64,000 nucleotides of DNA. It comes from Candidatus Omnitrophota bacterium (GTDB lineage Bacteria > Omnitrophota > Gorgyraeia > JAGLLT01). Positions 28,613 to 38,948 of the stretch are shown piece after piece (the first letter of the stretch is position 1; each line of letters begins with the position of its first letter). The DNA is taken from positions 141,325-205,324 of the forward strand of contig DAOVJY010000002.1 in the NCBI GenBank assembly GCA_030632085.1, given 5' to 3'. Under the pieces are notes generated by a model. It made no database searches. It was given only the letters and a program-made list of their open reading frames with translations, and had not been told where the DNA came from. The position numbers were made by a program, and so were the translations under genes.

Positions 28613-30001
28613 ATGTTATTTTCCAAAGTTGATGAAGTTTTATCATCTGTTGACGGAGTATTATCAGTTTCAGAAAAGGAAGTAAAAGTTTTAAATGAAA
28701 ACAGGCTTAAGGATGAGCTTATTGACAGATTGGTTTATAACGCGGCTCTTTCTGATAATCAGGACATAAAAGAGTTGTCCTGCTGGTTAATTCGCAGCGC
28801 GGCAGAAGGGCTAGGCATTATATGTTCATCAATTCAAGGATTATATGAAGCCCGAGGCAGAGAGGAATACAAGGATATGAGTGTTCCCGCTGTTAATTTA
28901 AGGGGATTGACATATGATTTATCAAGGGCTCTTTTCAGATGTGGCCTAAAAAATAATTCACTTAGTTTTATTTTTGAAATAGCCAAATCAGAGATAGCTT
29001 ATACTATGCAGAGTCCATCTGAATATAGTGCTGTTATATTAGCCGCTGCCATAAAAGAGAACTATAGAGGCCCGGTTTTTATTCAGGCCGACCATGTTCA
29101 AGTTAAGAGTAAAAATTTCCTCAGCGATAGAGCTAAAGAAATAGACTGTTTAAAAAATGTAATAAAAAAAGAATTAGACGCGGGCTTTTATAATATAGAT
29201 ATAGATTCTTCAACCTTGGTTGACCTGGATAAAGAAACAGTTGACGAGCAGCAGAGCTTTAATTATGAAGTCGCGGCGGAACTTACAGACTATATTAGAA
29301 AACACCAACCCAAGGGTATTGAAGTATCAGTTGGTGGAGAAATAGGTGAGGTTGGTTCTAAGAATTCGACCCCCGAAGAGTTGAAGGTTTTTATGGATGG
29401 TTATAATAAGAAGCTTAAGGAAATTGATGTAAATGCCAAGGGCATCAGTAAGATAAGTGTTCAGACGGGCACTTCTCATGGCGGTGTTGTTTTAGCTGAT
29501 GGCAGTGTAGCCGAAGTCAAAGTTGATTTTGCCACCCTGGAAACACTTTCAAAAATAGCAAGAGAGGATTATGGTTTAGGGGGAGCGGTTCAGCATGGAG
29601 CTTCCACATTACCCCAAGAAGCATTTAATAAATTTACTAAAACGCAAACTTTAGAAGTCCATTTGGCGACCGGTTTTCAAAATACGGTTTATGAGAGTAA
29701 AAATTTACCAAACGAATTAAGAAAAGAAGTTTACGATTATTTAAAATCAGAATTAGCCTCCCAAAGAAAAGAGGGACAAACGGATGAGCAGTTTATATAT
29801 ACCCTCAGAAAAAAGGGATTCGGGCCTTTTAAGAAAGAATTTATGGATTTACCATGTGATACCAGAGATGCCATCAGCGCTGAAGTAGAAGCTGAATTTG
29901 ACTTTCTTTTTAAGCAAATGAACGTCGTTAATACTAAAGAACTTGTTTTAAAGCATGTAACTCTCATCAAAAGCAAAACTACTTGTCCGGTGTCAATTTA
30001 A
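28613..30001 (+). CDS. Class II (metal-dependent) fructose/ketose-bisphosphate aldolase family protein, long form
   Basis: VPAVNLRGL…FIQADHVQ…SVGGEIGEVG…SVQTGTSHGG resemble the class II FBA motifs (AFNV.N.E, HLDHG, GxxED, HGxY). Adjacent to pfkA. RBS AGGAG sits before ATG 28613. Confidence 0.55.
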   Translation: MLFSKVDEVLSSVDGVLSVSEKEVKVLNENRLKDELIDRLVYNAALSDNQDIKELSCWLIRSAAEGLGIICSSIQGLYEARGREEYKDMSVPAVNLRGLTYDLSRALFRCGLKNNSLSFIFEIAKSEIAYTMQSPSEYSAVILAAAIKENYRGPVFIQADHVQVKSKNFLSDRAKEIDCLKNVIKKELDAGFYNIDIDSSTLVDLDKETVDEQQSFNYEVAAELTDYIRKHQPKGIEVSVGGEIGEVGSKNSTPEELKVFMDGYNKKLKEIDVNAKGISKISVQTGTSHGGVVLADGSVAEVKVDFATLETLSKIAREDYGLGGAVQHGASTLPQEAFNKFTKTQTLEVHLATGFQNTVYESKNLPNELRKEVYDYLKSELASQRKEGQTDEQFIYTLRKKGFGPFKKEFMDLPCDTRDAISAEVEAEFDFLFKQMNVVNTKELVLKHVTLIKSKTTCPVSI

Positions 30002-30081
30002 TTAAGTCACAAGACACAGGTCACAAGTATAAAATCATAAGTTACAAGGAAGAAACAAAAAAACGGTCGCTGTCCCTATTT

Positions 30082-31170
30082 TTACTTAGATATTTTTGAA
30101 AGCATAATGATACCGGCGACTGAAAATATTATGTTCGCTAACCAGCTTGATATAAAAGGCGGTAGAAATCCGGCCTTGCCCATAGCAACGCTGGTTATTA
30201 AGATTACGTAGTAGAAGAAACTTATCCCCAAACCCATACCTATATACACAAAAGTTCCACTTCTATTTTTTAAGAGAGCAAAAGGAAGGCCTGCTAAGAT
30301 AATGACAAAACTTACAAGAGAGAATGAAACTTTATTGTATAAATCAATAAGTATACCTGCCGGAGCGCGATTATTCTTAGCTAGTTTTTTAGCATAACGA
30401 TGAAGTTCAAAAACACTCATGAATTGCGTCTGATGTTTTGAGCGGGCAAAATCCTTTGGTTTCTCGTTAGGCGGCCAAACCTTTTCTTTAAAGTAAGCCG
30501 GAGCCCCTTCTCTGGCACCAGCTTTGCTTAACCTATAAATAGCGCAGTTATACAGCACCCATTTATCATCAGTATATTTAGCGCTATCAGCCGTAATTCT
30601 GGCAGTTAAATCTCCCCGGTCATTATGCTGGAGAATTATTAAACCTTCCAGAGTTTTAGTCTTAGTGTTATAACTTTTTGCGTAATATATTCGATAATCA
30701 ACACCATACAATGTTACGTCTTTTATAATTTCTAACTGTTCATCTTTTCCCGGTTTTTCAATTTGTTCATTTTTTATTGTATTGTATTTTTGATAGGCAT
30801 TAGGGACATATTCGTTATCTACGATAAATGATAAAAGGCTTATAATCAAACCCATAAATAAGTAGGGCGCGATGATTGAAAATGTGCTTATACCGGCCGC
30901 TTTCATAGCAATGATTTCATTTTGCCGGTTTAATGTTCCCAGGCTATAGAGAGTAGCTAGAAGAGCAGATATGGGGGTTACAATGGTAAAAATTGAAGGG
31001 AGAAAAGCGCTATAATACTGCAGTAAAACTTTCACGCTCACTTGTTGTTTAATGATATCATCTAAATTGGCAAAAAGGTCGATTACTATAAACAGAAAAA
31101 GGAAAAGAGTGAGGCAGAATAAAAAAACGGGAATAAATTCCTTGAAGATATGCTTATCTATAAGTTTCAT
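30082..31170 (-). CDS. lptG: LPS export permease, LptF/LptG (YjgP/YjgQ) family
   Basis: Six-TM predicted permease with a periplasmic beta-jellyroll insert; the YjgP/YjgQ family assignment is by overall similarity, without quoted motifs. Paired with the next gene. Confidence 0.75.
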   Translation of the reverse strand: MKLIDKHIFKEFIPVFLFCLTLFLFLFIVIDLFANLDDIIKQQVSVKVLLQYYSAFLPSIFTIVTPISALLATLYSLGTLNRQNEIIAMKAAGISTFSIIAPYLFMGLIISLLSFIVDNEYVPNAYQKYNTIKNEQIEKPGKDEQLEIIKDVTLYGVDYRIYYAKSYNTKTKTLEGLIILQHNDRGDLTARITADSAKYTDDKWVLYNCAIYRLSKAGAREGAPAYFKEKVWPPNEKPKDFARSKHQTQFMSVFELHRYAKKLAKNNRAPAGILIDLYNKVSFSLVSFVIILAGLPFALLKNRSGTFVYIGMGLGISFFYYVILITSVAMGKAGFLPPFISSWLANIIFSVAGIIMLSKISK

Positions 31171-31177
31171 CTATTTT

Positions 31178-32266
31178 TTATCTTTCAACCGTTTTCACAA
31201 TCAGTATTAAGCCCGTGATAATCAGTGTTATATTCGGCAGCCAGGTACCTATCAGGGGTGAGAGAATTCCTCTGGCGGCCATAGCGCTTCCGGCCGCTAA
31301 AAGTACATAATAAAGTATAATGATAATCAGTCCTATTGCAAAGCCCGCCAGCTTAGAACCTTTTTTTGTTTTAATAGCCAGCGGAAGAGCAATGATTACG
31401 AAGGCTAAATTAGCAAAGGCCAATGAAACTTTTTTGTGGACCTCAATAACAAGTTCTATGGGGTCGACGTTGAATTTTTTCAAATTTGCAATCTTATCTT
31501 TCAGCTCTTTGATATTCATGTCTTTAGGTTTTTTCTGAATTTTAGCCGGCTGTGTTTTGGAAAGATCAAGGGTTATATAATATGTTTTAAATTTAAGTTG
31601 ATAAAAGTCATTCGGATTGTCCGGGTCCGGTTCGTCGGAACTACCATCAATTAATTTGAGTTTTATCATATTCTTATTTTTTACGGGTACAAATTCACCT
31701 TCGCGGGCGACAATTGTTCGAGGAGGCTTATCGGGCCTGGTTTCAAATATTTTTATCCCTTTAAGTTTATTTTTTTTAACACTGTCTACAAAAACGATGT
31801 GTTTATCAAAATGGATAAATGTTCCATCATCAATACAACTTACCGGATTTGAAGCGGCAATTTTCATTAAAATAAGCCGGGAAGTAAAATGGGCGGCGGT
31901 AGCTATGCGATCGTTTAAGATTACAGAAAATAAACTGAAAATTATACCGACTACAATAATTGGATAAATTATCCTGTAGAGGCTAAAACCACTGGCTGTC
32001 ATCGCCAGTATTTCGTTATCAGAGGATATGCGCCCGAAGCTAAGCAAGATAGCCATCAGCAATGATATTGGCAGGGCATATCTTAATAAATAGGGAATCC
32101 AGGTACCGAATAATTTTAAAATATCAAAAAGAGATACACCGGGTGCTATAATTTTATCTGCCTGATGAATGAGATTAGCTACAAGCATGATAAACATCAA
32201 AACAGACAATGAAAGTATAAAAGGCCCGCCTACTTCTTTTAGAACGTAATTTCTAAGTATTCTCAT
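31178..32266 (-). CDS. lptF: LPS export permease, LptF/LptG (YjgP/YjgQ) family
   Basis: MRILRNYVLKEVGGPFILSLSVLMFIMLVANLI…; 362 aa paralog of the previous gene. Confidence 0.75.
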   Translation of the reverse strand: MRILRNYVLKEVGGPFILSLSVLMFIMLVANLIHQADKIIAPGVSLFDILKLFGTWIPYLLRYALPISLLMAILLSFGRISSDNEILAMTASGFSLYRIIYPIIVVGIIFSLFSVILNDRIATAAHFTSRLILMKIAASNPVSCIDDGTFIHFDKHIVFVDSVKKNKLKGIKIFETRPDKPPRTIVAREGEFVPVKNKNMIKLKLIDGSSDEPDPDNPNDFYQLKFKTYYITLDLSKTQPAKIQKKPKDMNIKELKDKIANLKKFNVDPIELVIEVHKKVSLAFANLAFVIIALPLAIKTKKGSKLAGFAIGLIIIILYYVLLAAGSAMAARGILSPLIGTWLPNITLIITGLILIVKTVER

Positions 32267-32268
32267 TA

Positions 32269-32985
32269 TTAACTTCCACCCGCCAGAGCCAGAGTTAAAA
32301 CACTACAAGCTCCCGCTTGTTTAAGGCAACCGGCGCATTCATTTAAAGTTGAACCGGTTGTCAGCACGTCATCAATTATTAAAACACATTTATCTTTTAT
32401 CAAATTATTTCTTTTAATTTTAAACGCGCCTGTTAGATTTGACAGTCTTTCGCGGCCGCTAACTTCAATCTGGGGCCTGGTTGGCCTAACTTTCAAAAGC
32501 GTTTTATTTAATAGTTTAATATTAAAGTGTTTAGCAATTTTCCGCGCGATTAATTCCGATTGGTTAAAATCACGCTGTTTTTTCTTTTGCCTGTCAAGAG
32601 GGACATAAGTTATGTAATCAATCTCATTTAAGTCAATAAACTTTTCCGCGAAATTGCAACAGATACTGGCCGCAAAATTTATAAGACTCAACTTGTTACT
32701 GTACTTAATGTTATGAATTAATGTTCTTATAGTCCCTTGATAATTACACGCGATCCAAGCTCTGTCTATGTGTGACAAATTTTGATGCTTATGTTTACAG
32801 GAGTATTTATTAGTTTGAAGCGGCCTGCCGCATTTGTCGCAAAAAGGAGGCAGGTTTATTTCAATCTCTTGCTTGCAGTTAAGACAGATGCTGTTTGCGG
32901 CGTTATGATGAAGCGCCGTATCACATACTTGACACTTAAAAGGATATATTAAATTAATAAATGCCTTATACAATGAGAATACCAT
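32269..32985 (-). CDS. comF: ComF family protein (phosphoribosyltransferase domain with N-terminal double zinc ribbon)
   Basis: CxxC…CxxC…CDKCGRPL at the N-terminus. PRTase motif VLIIDDVLTTGSTLNE. Confidence 0.75.
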   Translation of the reverse strand: MVFSLYKAFINLIYPFKCQVCDTALHHNAANSICLNCKQEIEINLPPFCDKCGRPLQTNKYSCKHKHQNLSHIDRAWIACNYQGTIRTLIHNIKYSNKLSLINFAASICCNFAEKFIDLNEIDYITYVPLDRQKKKQRDFNQSELIARKIAKHFNIKLLNKTLLKVRPTRPQIEVSGRERLSNLTGAFKIKRNNLIKDKCVLIIDDVLTTGSTLNECAGCLKQAGACSVLTLALAGGS

Positions 32986-33267
32986 TGAAAATTACTATAT
33001 CATCAACTATAAAGTTTGTCAATCCTACATATTTATAAAACGATTTCAGGCAATTTAAAAGATGAAAAAGCTGATTTTTGCTATAAAATCGATAAAATAC
33101 ATGTAGACTTTTTTAACCATTTGAGAAATTAAGTACTTCCATTTTTTGAAAATATCTCTAGCAGATAAATATAAAGGTGATAAAATAGAATATACAGAAA
33201 CTAATACCGGCTTTATATTGAAAATAACTAAAGAAGTACTATAGCAACTAACAATTGGAGGTATAGT

Positions 33268-33945
33268 ATGAAGCGATGGATAGTATTGGTTGTAGGAGTT
33301 TATATAGTTTCACTGTCCGTTTTAGCTGTTCCTCTTTCATTATCTCTTGGCGGAGCAGATCTTGATTTTCTTTCCTTTGTGTATATTTATGTTATACCTG
33401 TTTTAATTCTTATTCAGACTATATTATTACTTATTCCTTTGGATATTGCAACAGAAAGGCCTATAAAACGCAGGAAGGTAGTAATCTCTGCTATAGCAGG
33501 TGGTTTTGTTGTTAGTTTTATGGTTTTAATGATTATAGCTTCAGTAGTTCTAATGATCTGGAATGAGAATAATACAGCGGGTTATATATATTCATACTGG
33601 GGTTTAATTTTACCTGTAATAGCCTGGGCAATCTGGTCAATAATATTTTATAAAAATTATAAAAGCAACAATCCTAAAAGTTTTGTTTCAAATATTACTT
33701 CCTGGCTTTTAAAGGGCAGTATTTTACAGCTAATAGTTGCTATTCCAAGTCATATTATATCCAGAAACAGAGGAGAGTGCTGCGCGCCGGCATTAACTTT
33801 AGTTGGTATTATAACAGGCATAGCTATAGCGCTTATGTCATTTGGGCCGGGATTATTCTTCCTTTATGCTAGGAGAATGAAAGATAAACAAAAAGGCCAC
33901 AAACAAGTCACAAGTCATACCCTGGTGGGCACAGGCAAGTCATAA
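33268..33945 (+). CDS. Hypothetical polytopic membrane protein (~6 TM). The last ~15 codons (…KQVTSHTLVGTGKS) are encoded by the AAGTCAT/CCCTGGTGGGCACAGGC repeat.
   Basis: Hydrophobic segments throughout, a CC pair near the C-terminus, and a stop codon inside the repeat array. Confidence 0.5.
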   Translation: MKRWIVLVVGVYIVSLSVLAVPLSLSLGGADLDFLSFVYIYVIPVLILIQTILLLIPLDIATERPIKRRKVVISAIAGGFVVSFMVLMIIASVVLMIWNENNTAGYIYSYWGLILPVIAWAIWSIIFYKNYKSNNPKSFVSNITSWLLKGSILQLIVAIPSHIISRNRGECCAPALTLVGIITGIAIALMSFGPGLFFLYARRMKDKQKGHKQVTSHTLVGTGKS

Positions 33946-34230
33946 GTCACAAGTAAGACACAAGTCATAAGTCATAAGTCATAAGACGCAGGACACAAGT
34001 TATAAGTCACAAGCAAGACACAAGTCATAAGACGCAGGACACAAGTTATAAGTCATACCCTGGTGGGCACAGGCAAGTCACAAGTCATAAGTCATAAGTC
34101 ATAAGTCATAAGTCATAAGTCATAAGACATAAGACATACCCTGGTGGGCACAGGCAAGTCATAAGTCATAAGACACAGGACACAAGTTATAAGTCATAAG
34201 TCACAAACAAGACACAAGTTGCAAGAGGCA
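33890..34230. repeat. Complex heptamer satellite. AAGTCAT/AAGTCAC/AAGACAC units run up to 6 in perfect tandem at 34081-34122. They are interspersed with three copies of ATACCCTGGTGGGCACAGGCAAGTCA and two copies of AAGACGCAGGACACAAGTTATAAGTCA.
   Basis: Read directly in the sequence. Related shorter arrays lie at 30003-30050 and 51635-51720. Confidence 0.8.
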
Positions 34231-34433
34231 AGAAATAAGATTTATGACTTTTTGATAAGAGAATTTAGATGCCTGCCTTCGTTAAATCCGGTGTTTATTG
34301 AGGTGAGTCTGCTTGGATAGTAAAGTTCATTACGGAAAGCGTATAAATTATTTAAATACTCTTGAATAATTTATCATAACATGTTATTGTAGTTTACGTT
34401 AAACATAAGAGTTAATAAAAAAAGCAGGGTGAG

Positions 34434-35648
34434 ATGGATTCAATTTTAATAGTTGGAGTCATAATATTTTGCGGGTTTATTTTTGGCGAATTAGCCAAAA
34501 AAGTTAAACTACCTAAAGTAACCGGTTATATTTTAGCCGGTGTTTTTTTGAATCCCGGACTTTTTCACCTTGTTCCCGAGAATTTTGTAGTTCACACGGA
34601 ATTAATAACTAATATCTCACTTTCTTTTATTATTTTTTCCGTGGGCGGCACACTTTTATTTTCTAAGATAAAGAAGTTAGGCAAAAGTATACTATGCATA
34701 ACTATTTTTGAAGGTGAATTTGCTTTTTTCGCGATTATCGTAGGCTTTCTTTTAATTAGCCCTTTTTTTATTCATATTCCGAATGCCGGCTGGTTAACAG
34801 TCTTTATCCCTATGAGTATTCTTTTAGGATCTTTGGGGGCACCAACTGATCCCGCGGTTACTCTGGCGGTCAAAGACGAATATAAAGCTGCCGGACGTGT
34901 AACCCAGACTGTTATGAGCGTTGCCGCCTTTGATGATGTTTTGGGGATAATCAATTTTTCCATAGCCATTGCCTTAGCTCAAGTTTTTGTGTCCCATCAG
35001 GCTTTAAGCACTTATAATTCCTTTATCCAACCTTGTTTGGTTATTGTCGGTGCTATAGTTTTAGGAATTATTGCCGGTTTCGCGCTAAATCTTGTAACTA
35101 ACTTTATAGAGCAAGAATCAGGGGGTGTATATGTAGTAATAATACTGGGTTTGCTTTGTGTTTGTTTTGGAGTGGCGACATTAATGCGGGTTGATCAGTT
35201 ATTAGCTGTTATGACTATGGGCGCCGTGGTAGTTAATTTTAACAAGAAACAGCAGATGATATTTAAAGTTCTTAAGCATTATACCGATGAGTTAATCTTT
35301 GTTTTATTTTTTACTCTAAGCGGTATGTATTTGGATTTTACCGTTTTAAAGACAGCCTTGGTTTTAGTTTTATTCTTTGTAGTTTTTAGAATTATAGGTA
35401 AGGTGTTAGGCGCAACCGCGGGAGCCATTATTTCAAAGTCACCAAAAAATGTTATAAAGTATACTTCAGGCGGCTTAATTCCTCAAGGGGGTATAGTTGT
35501 GGGATTAGCTCTTATTATGAAACAAAACCCGGCCTTTGACGCCTTTTCGGATATTATTATAAGTGTGGTTATAGGGGCTGTCATATTTCATGAAATAATC
35601 GGGCCCATTACGACTAAAATATCTTTAGAAAAAGCGGGTGAAATTTAA
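34434..35648 (+). CDS. Cation:proton antiporter (CPA/Na+-H+ exchanger family)
   Basis: 10-12 TM; ILAGVFLNPGLF…APTDPAVTLAV…AAFDDVLGII. Confidence 0.8.
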   Translation: MDSILIVGVIIFCGFIFGELAKKVKLPKVTGYILAGVFLNPGLFHLVPENFVVHTELITNISLSFIIFSVGGTLLFSKIKKLGKSILCITIFEGEFAFFAIIVGFLLISPFFIHIPNAGWLTVFIPMSILLGSLGAPTDPAVTLAVKDEYKAAGRVTQTVMSVAAFDDVLGIINFSIAIALAQVFVSHQALSTYNSFIQPCLVIVGAIVLGIIAGFALNLVTNFIEQESGGVYVVIILGLLCVCFGVATLMRVDQLLAVMTMGAVVVNFNKKQQMIFKVLKHYTDELIFVLFFTLSGMYLDFTVLKTALVLVLFFVVFRIIGKVLGATAGAIISKSPKNVIKYTSGGLIPQGGIVVGLALIMKQNPAFDAFSDIIISVVIGAVIFHEIIGPITTKISLEKAGEI

Positions 35649-35692
35649 AAGACAAACTAACAGTTAAAAATCAATCTTAGAAAGAAGATGCT

Positions 35693-36430
35693 ATGGGAAA
35701 AGAAGTAAACTTTTTATACGGCAAAAATTCGGTTTTTGAGAGACTAAAAAATAAACCCGGCAGTATCAGAAAAGTTTTTTTAGCCGATAATTTTAAAGAT
35801 CAGAGAATTATAAATTTAACAAAAGGAGCTCATATCAATATAGAGCTGTTAACTAATAAACAGGTGGCCTGGATAAAACGCGCGAAAGATTATCAGGGTG
35901 TAATTGCTAAGGTGGACGCTTTTGAGTATAAAGACTATACTAAACTTTTGGAGGATGCTTCGTCGGGTAAAAAATCCGTTCTTTTGCTTGATCGTATTAA
36001 CGATCCCCAGAATCTGGGAGTTATAGTCAGGCTGGTAGCTTGCTTTGGCGGGTTTTCAATTATCATTCCCTCGCATAAGGCCTGCCCGGTAAATGATACA
36101 GTGCTGCATGTAGCTTCAGGCGGCGAAAATTATGTTGATATTGCCGAGGTTAACAATCTTAACAGTGCTATTTTTGGCCTGAAAAAAGCGGGTTTTTGGA
36201 TAGCCGGTACAGTAGTTTCAGATGAAGCTGAAAGCTTATTTGAAAAAGTGCTGCCTTTCCCTTTGGCTTTAATTATGGGTTCGGAAGGAGAGGGCATCCG
36301 GCCCGGATTAATTAAAGAGCTTGATATGCGGCTGCGTATTCCTATGGAGGGAGCTAAACTTTCACTGAATGTGAGTATAGCTACGGCTATATTTTGTGAG
36401 GAAATCGTCAGACAGAGGCCAAAAACATGA
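35693..36430 (+). CDS. TrmH/SpoU family RNA 2'-O-methyltransferase (RlmB-like)
   Basis: LLLDRINDPQNLGVIVRLVACFGG…LIMGSEGEGIRPGL…LNVSIATAIFCEE. Confidence 0.8.
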   Translation: MGKEVNFLYGKNSVFERLKNKPGSIRKVFLADNFKDQRIINLTKGAHINIELLTNKQVAWIKRAKDYQGVIAKVDAFEYKDYTKLLEDASSGKKSVLLLDRINDPQNLGVIVRLVACFGGFSIIIPSHKACPVNDTVLHVASGGENYVDIAEVNNLNSAIFGLKKAGFWIAGTVVSDEAESLFEKVLPFPLALIMGSEGEGIRPGLIKELDMRLRIPMEGAKLSLNVSIATAIFCEEIVRQRPKT

Positions 36431-37017
36431 AAAATAAAAAAGGTACTAAAGAAGATATAATTAATTTTATTTCTGAAGCCGGGATGTTAAAAAGAGTCAG
36501 CCGTTCCGGTTGGTCGGTTTTAGGTATTAAAGACGCCGAAACGGTTGCCGAACATAGTTTCCGTTGCGCGGTTATTGGTTATATAATAGCCCGGCTCGAG
36601 AAAGCGGACCCTTATAAGGTTTTGTTAATGACACTTTTTAATGATATTCACGAAGCCAGAATTACCGACTTACATAAGATGGCCCAGAGGTATATTGAAG
36701 CTGAGCCTTGCGAGGATGAATCGTTTTATGAGCAGATAGAAAGACTGCCCAATAGTCTAAAAGATGAACTTAAAGATATGAGAGTGGATTATAAAAAACA
36801 ACATACCAAGGAAAGCCTTATTGCCCGGGACGCGGATATAATAGAATGTTTGATTCAGGCCAAGGAATATCAAGAACACGGTTATAAAGAGGCCTATAAG
36901 TTTATGAATAAAGCACCGGAACATTTAAAAACTAAATCCGCTAAAGAAATTTGGAAAAAAGCTAAGTCCATGAATTTAAATGACTGGTGGATGAATTTAA
37001 GTGAGTTTAAGAGATAG
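36427..37017 (+). CDS. HD-domain phosphohydrolase (YfbR-like 5'-deoxynucleotidase family)
   Basis: HSFRCAVIGYIIA…LFNDIHEARITDL…ARDADIIECLIQA. ATGA overlap with the methyltransferase gene. Confidence 0.65.
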   Translation: MKNKKGTKEDIINFISEAGMLKRVSRSGWSVLGIKDAETVAEHSFRCAVIGYIIARLEKADPYKVLLMTLFNDIHEARITDLHKMAQRYIEAEPCEDESFYEQIERLPNSLKDELKDMRVDYKKQHTKESLIARDADIIECLIQAKEYQEHGYKEAYKFMNKAPEHLKTKSAKEIWKKAKSMNLNDWWMNLSEFKR

Positions 37018-37081
37018 GGTGAAAGCAAAAAAATATGGTTTGTTTTTGGCGTGGGAACTATTAATAAAGGAGTAAAATGTT

Positions 37082-37558
37082 ATGACTGTTAAGATAGCTC
37101 GGCTAATAGTGTTTTTAATAATTGCCGCCGGTGTAATTACTTTTTTATATCTCTCGGGTGATAATGAGTCTTCCGAGGCTCCCTTAATCCTTGGAGGTGA
37201 GTGCTTTTATAATGATTATCCGGGAAAAGCCGTGTTTACAAGTATTCAGATGACAGATAAAAGCAAGGCTCAGGCCGCCACTCTTGGGGGCCCGGGTTAT
37301 CAGGGGTATGAAATTTATTTTAAGTTTATGACTAATGAAAGAATAAAAGAGGATTGGGCTAAGAAGGCTTTAAATAAAGAACATTTGTTTTTACTCATTA
37401 ATTCCTGGTATCCGGGAAAAGAATTTATTAAAAAATATGATATAAAAGTAAACAAAAAATTTGACTGCACCTTAAAAGTTATTAATAAAGGAACCTGTAC
37501 CCCCATTATATTTGATTTTAAAAATATTAAGAGGGATGATTATTTTGAGAACAAATAA
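37082..37558 (+). CDS. Hypothetical secreted/membrane-anchored protein (N-terminal TM, no recognisable domain)
   Basis: ORF with an N-terminal hydrophobic helix. Cysteines are placed as if for disulfides. Confidence 0.4.
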   Translation: MTVKIARLIVFLIIAAGVITFLYLSGDNESSEAPLILGGECFYNDYPGKAVFTSIQMTDKSKAQAATLGGPGYQGYEIYFKFMTNERIKEDWAKKALNKEHLFLLINSWYPGKEFIKKYDIKVNKKFDCTLKVINKGTCTPIIFDFKNIKRDDYFENK

Positions 37559-37670
37559 GACTTTTATAGCATTTTTTACCTTTTTAATTTACCGAACTCT
37601 GATTTGACCAAGTATAAGATTATGTGGTATTATTAAGTTAGTAGAAACGTTAATTAAAGGGGAATGTGTT

Positions 37671-38939
37671 ATGCGTTTAAAACTCCAAGATAAACTGATA
37701 GCTATATTTCTGGGTATTTTTGTAATAACTTTCGGACTTATGGGATTTATTACTTATCAAGGCAGTAAGGAGATTGTAAAACAAGGTGTATTTAAGCAGC
37801 TGCATTGCCGCATAAGAGGAATACGTGGAAGATTTGAGAGCTTTTGCTGTGAAAGAGAACGGGATATAAAATCGAAGTCTACAAGTATGTATATAAAGGA
37901 GAGGCTTAGAGAAATTAAAGATGGCCGGAACATGGATATTTTGACTAAAGAGATTTCAATGAGGCTGGGGCAGATGATAGAGGATAATCCCAGCGCCATG
38001 GAGTTGTTTATTTTAGATACTAATGGTAAAGTCATAGCTTCTACAGATGAAACGCAGATAGGGCTTGATAAATCCAATAGACCATATTTCTTAAAAGGGC
38101 GTGATTTTGTTACCGGGACCACCGCTATTTATCATTCCCCTGTTTTTAATAAGCCTACAATGCTGATTTTTGCTCCCATTAGTCAATTAAAGACGGGAGA
38201 GCTATTGGGCGTAGTGGTTGAGAGAGTGAATTTTGAGTATTTAAGCGCGACAGTTAAACGAGAATGCGCTTTGCTGGAAGGAGAAGAGATATACGCTCTT
38301 GATGGTGAAGGAAATATAATTTTTGGCTCGATGGCCTGGCGATTTATTATCAGTGATATTTCGAATTCTGATTTTATAAAAAAATGTTTAGAAGGTAAAT
38401 CCGGTAACCACATGTATAAAAATTGCAGAGGGCTGCCTGTTGTTGGCAAGTGCAGCTGGCTGCCTGTCAGAGAGTGCGTTTTAATAGTTGAGATATCTGA
38501 AAAAGAAGCTTTTAAGCCGATATACAGGATAAGGAATTGGTTTTTTGGTGTTTCTATCGTAGCGGTTATGGTAATTATTTGTTTGGTTATAATTATTTCC
38601 AGGCGCATATCCTTGCCGATTATGAGGTTAAAAGATGCCGCGGATAAAGTTGCCTCAGGCGATTTAAAGATAAGGGTGGATGTTGATACAAAAGATGAAA
38701 TAGAATTTTTAGCTAACTCTTTCAATCAAATGGTAAACGAGTTAAGAGAGTCGAGGAGTAAACTAAGACAATGGGGAGAAGCATCAGAAGAGGAAGTTAA
38801 AGAGAAGACAAAACAACTCGAGGAAAAGATTGAGGAACTCGAGAAATTTAATAAGCTTGCCGTAGATAGAGAATTGAAAATGATATCATTGAAAGAAGAA
38901 ATAGAAAATTTAAAAATCAAACTAAAAGAAGTTAAATAG
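37671..38939 (+). CDS. Sensor-like protein with two TM helices, a ~250 aa periplasmic domain, a HAMP domain and an S-helix. It ends in a short coiled coil with no kinase/MCP output.
   Basis: TM1 aa 8-28 and TM2 aa ~285-305. HAMP SLPIMRLKDAADKVASGDLKIRVDVDTKDEIEFLANSFNQMVNEL. The C-terminus is EKTKQLEEKIEELEKFNKLAVDRELKMISLKEEIENLK. Confidence 0.6.
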   Translation: MRLKLQDKLIAIFLGIFVITFGLMGFITYQGSKEIVKQGVFKQLHCRIRGIRGRFESFCCERERDIKSKSTSMYIKERLREIKDGRNMDILTKEISMRLGQMIEDNPSAMELFILDTNGKVIASTDETQIGLDKSNRPYFLKGRDFVTGTTAIYHSPVFNKPTMLIFAPISQLKTGELLGVVVERVNFEYLSATVKRECALLEGEEIYALDGEGNIIFGSMAWRFIISDISNSDFIKKCLEGKSGNHMYKNCRGLPVVGKCSWLPVRECVLIVEISEKEAFKPIYRIRNWFFGVSIVAVMVIICLVIIISRRISLPIMRLKDAADKVASGDLKIRVDVDTKDEIEFLANSFNQMVNELRESRSKLRQWGEASEEEVKEKTKQLEEKIEELEKFNKLAVDRELKMISLKEEIENLKIKLKEVK

Positions 38940-38948
38940 AATTATAGG

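Noticed and set aside
33890-34230. Possible CRISPR array (three 26-bp direct repeats ATACCCTGGTGGGCACAGGCAAGTCA with intervening sequence)
   Set aside because: The 'spacers' (110 and 56 bp) are unequal and are themselves built of the same heptamer units. There are no cas genes and only three copies. It is a complex satellite, not CRISPR.
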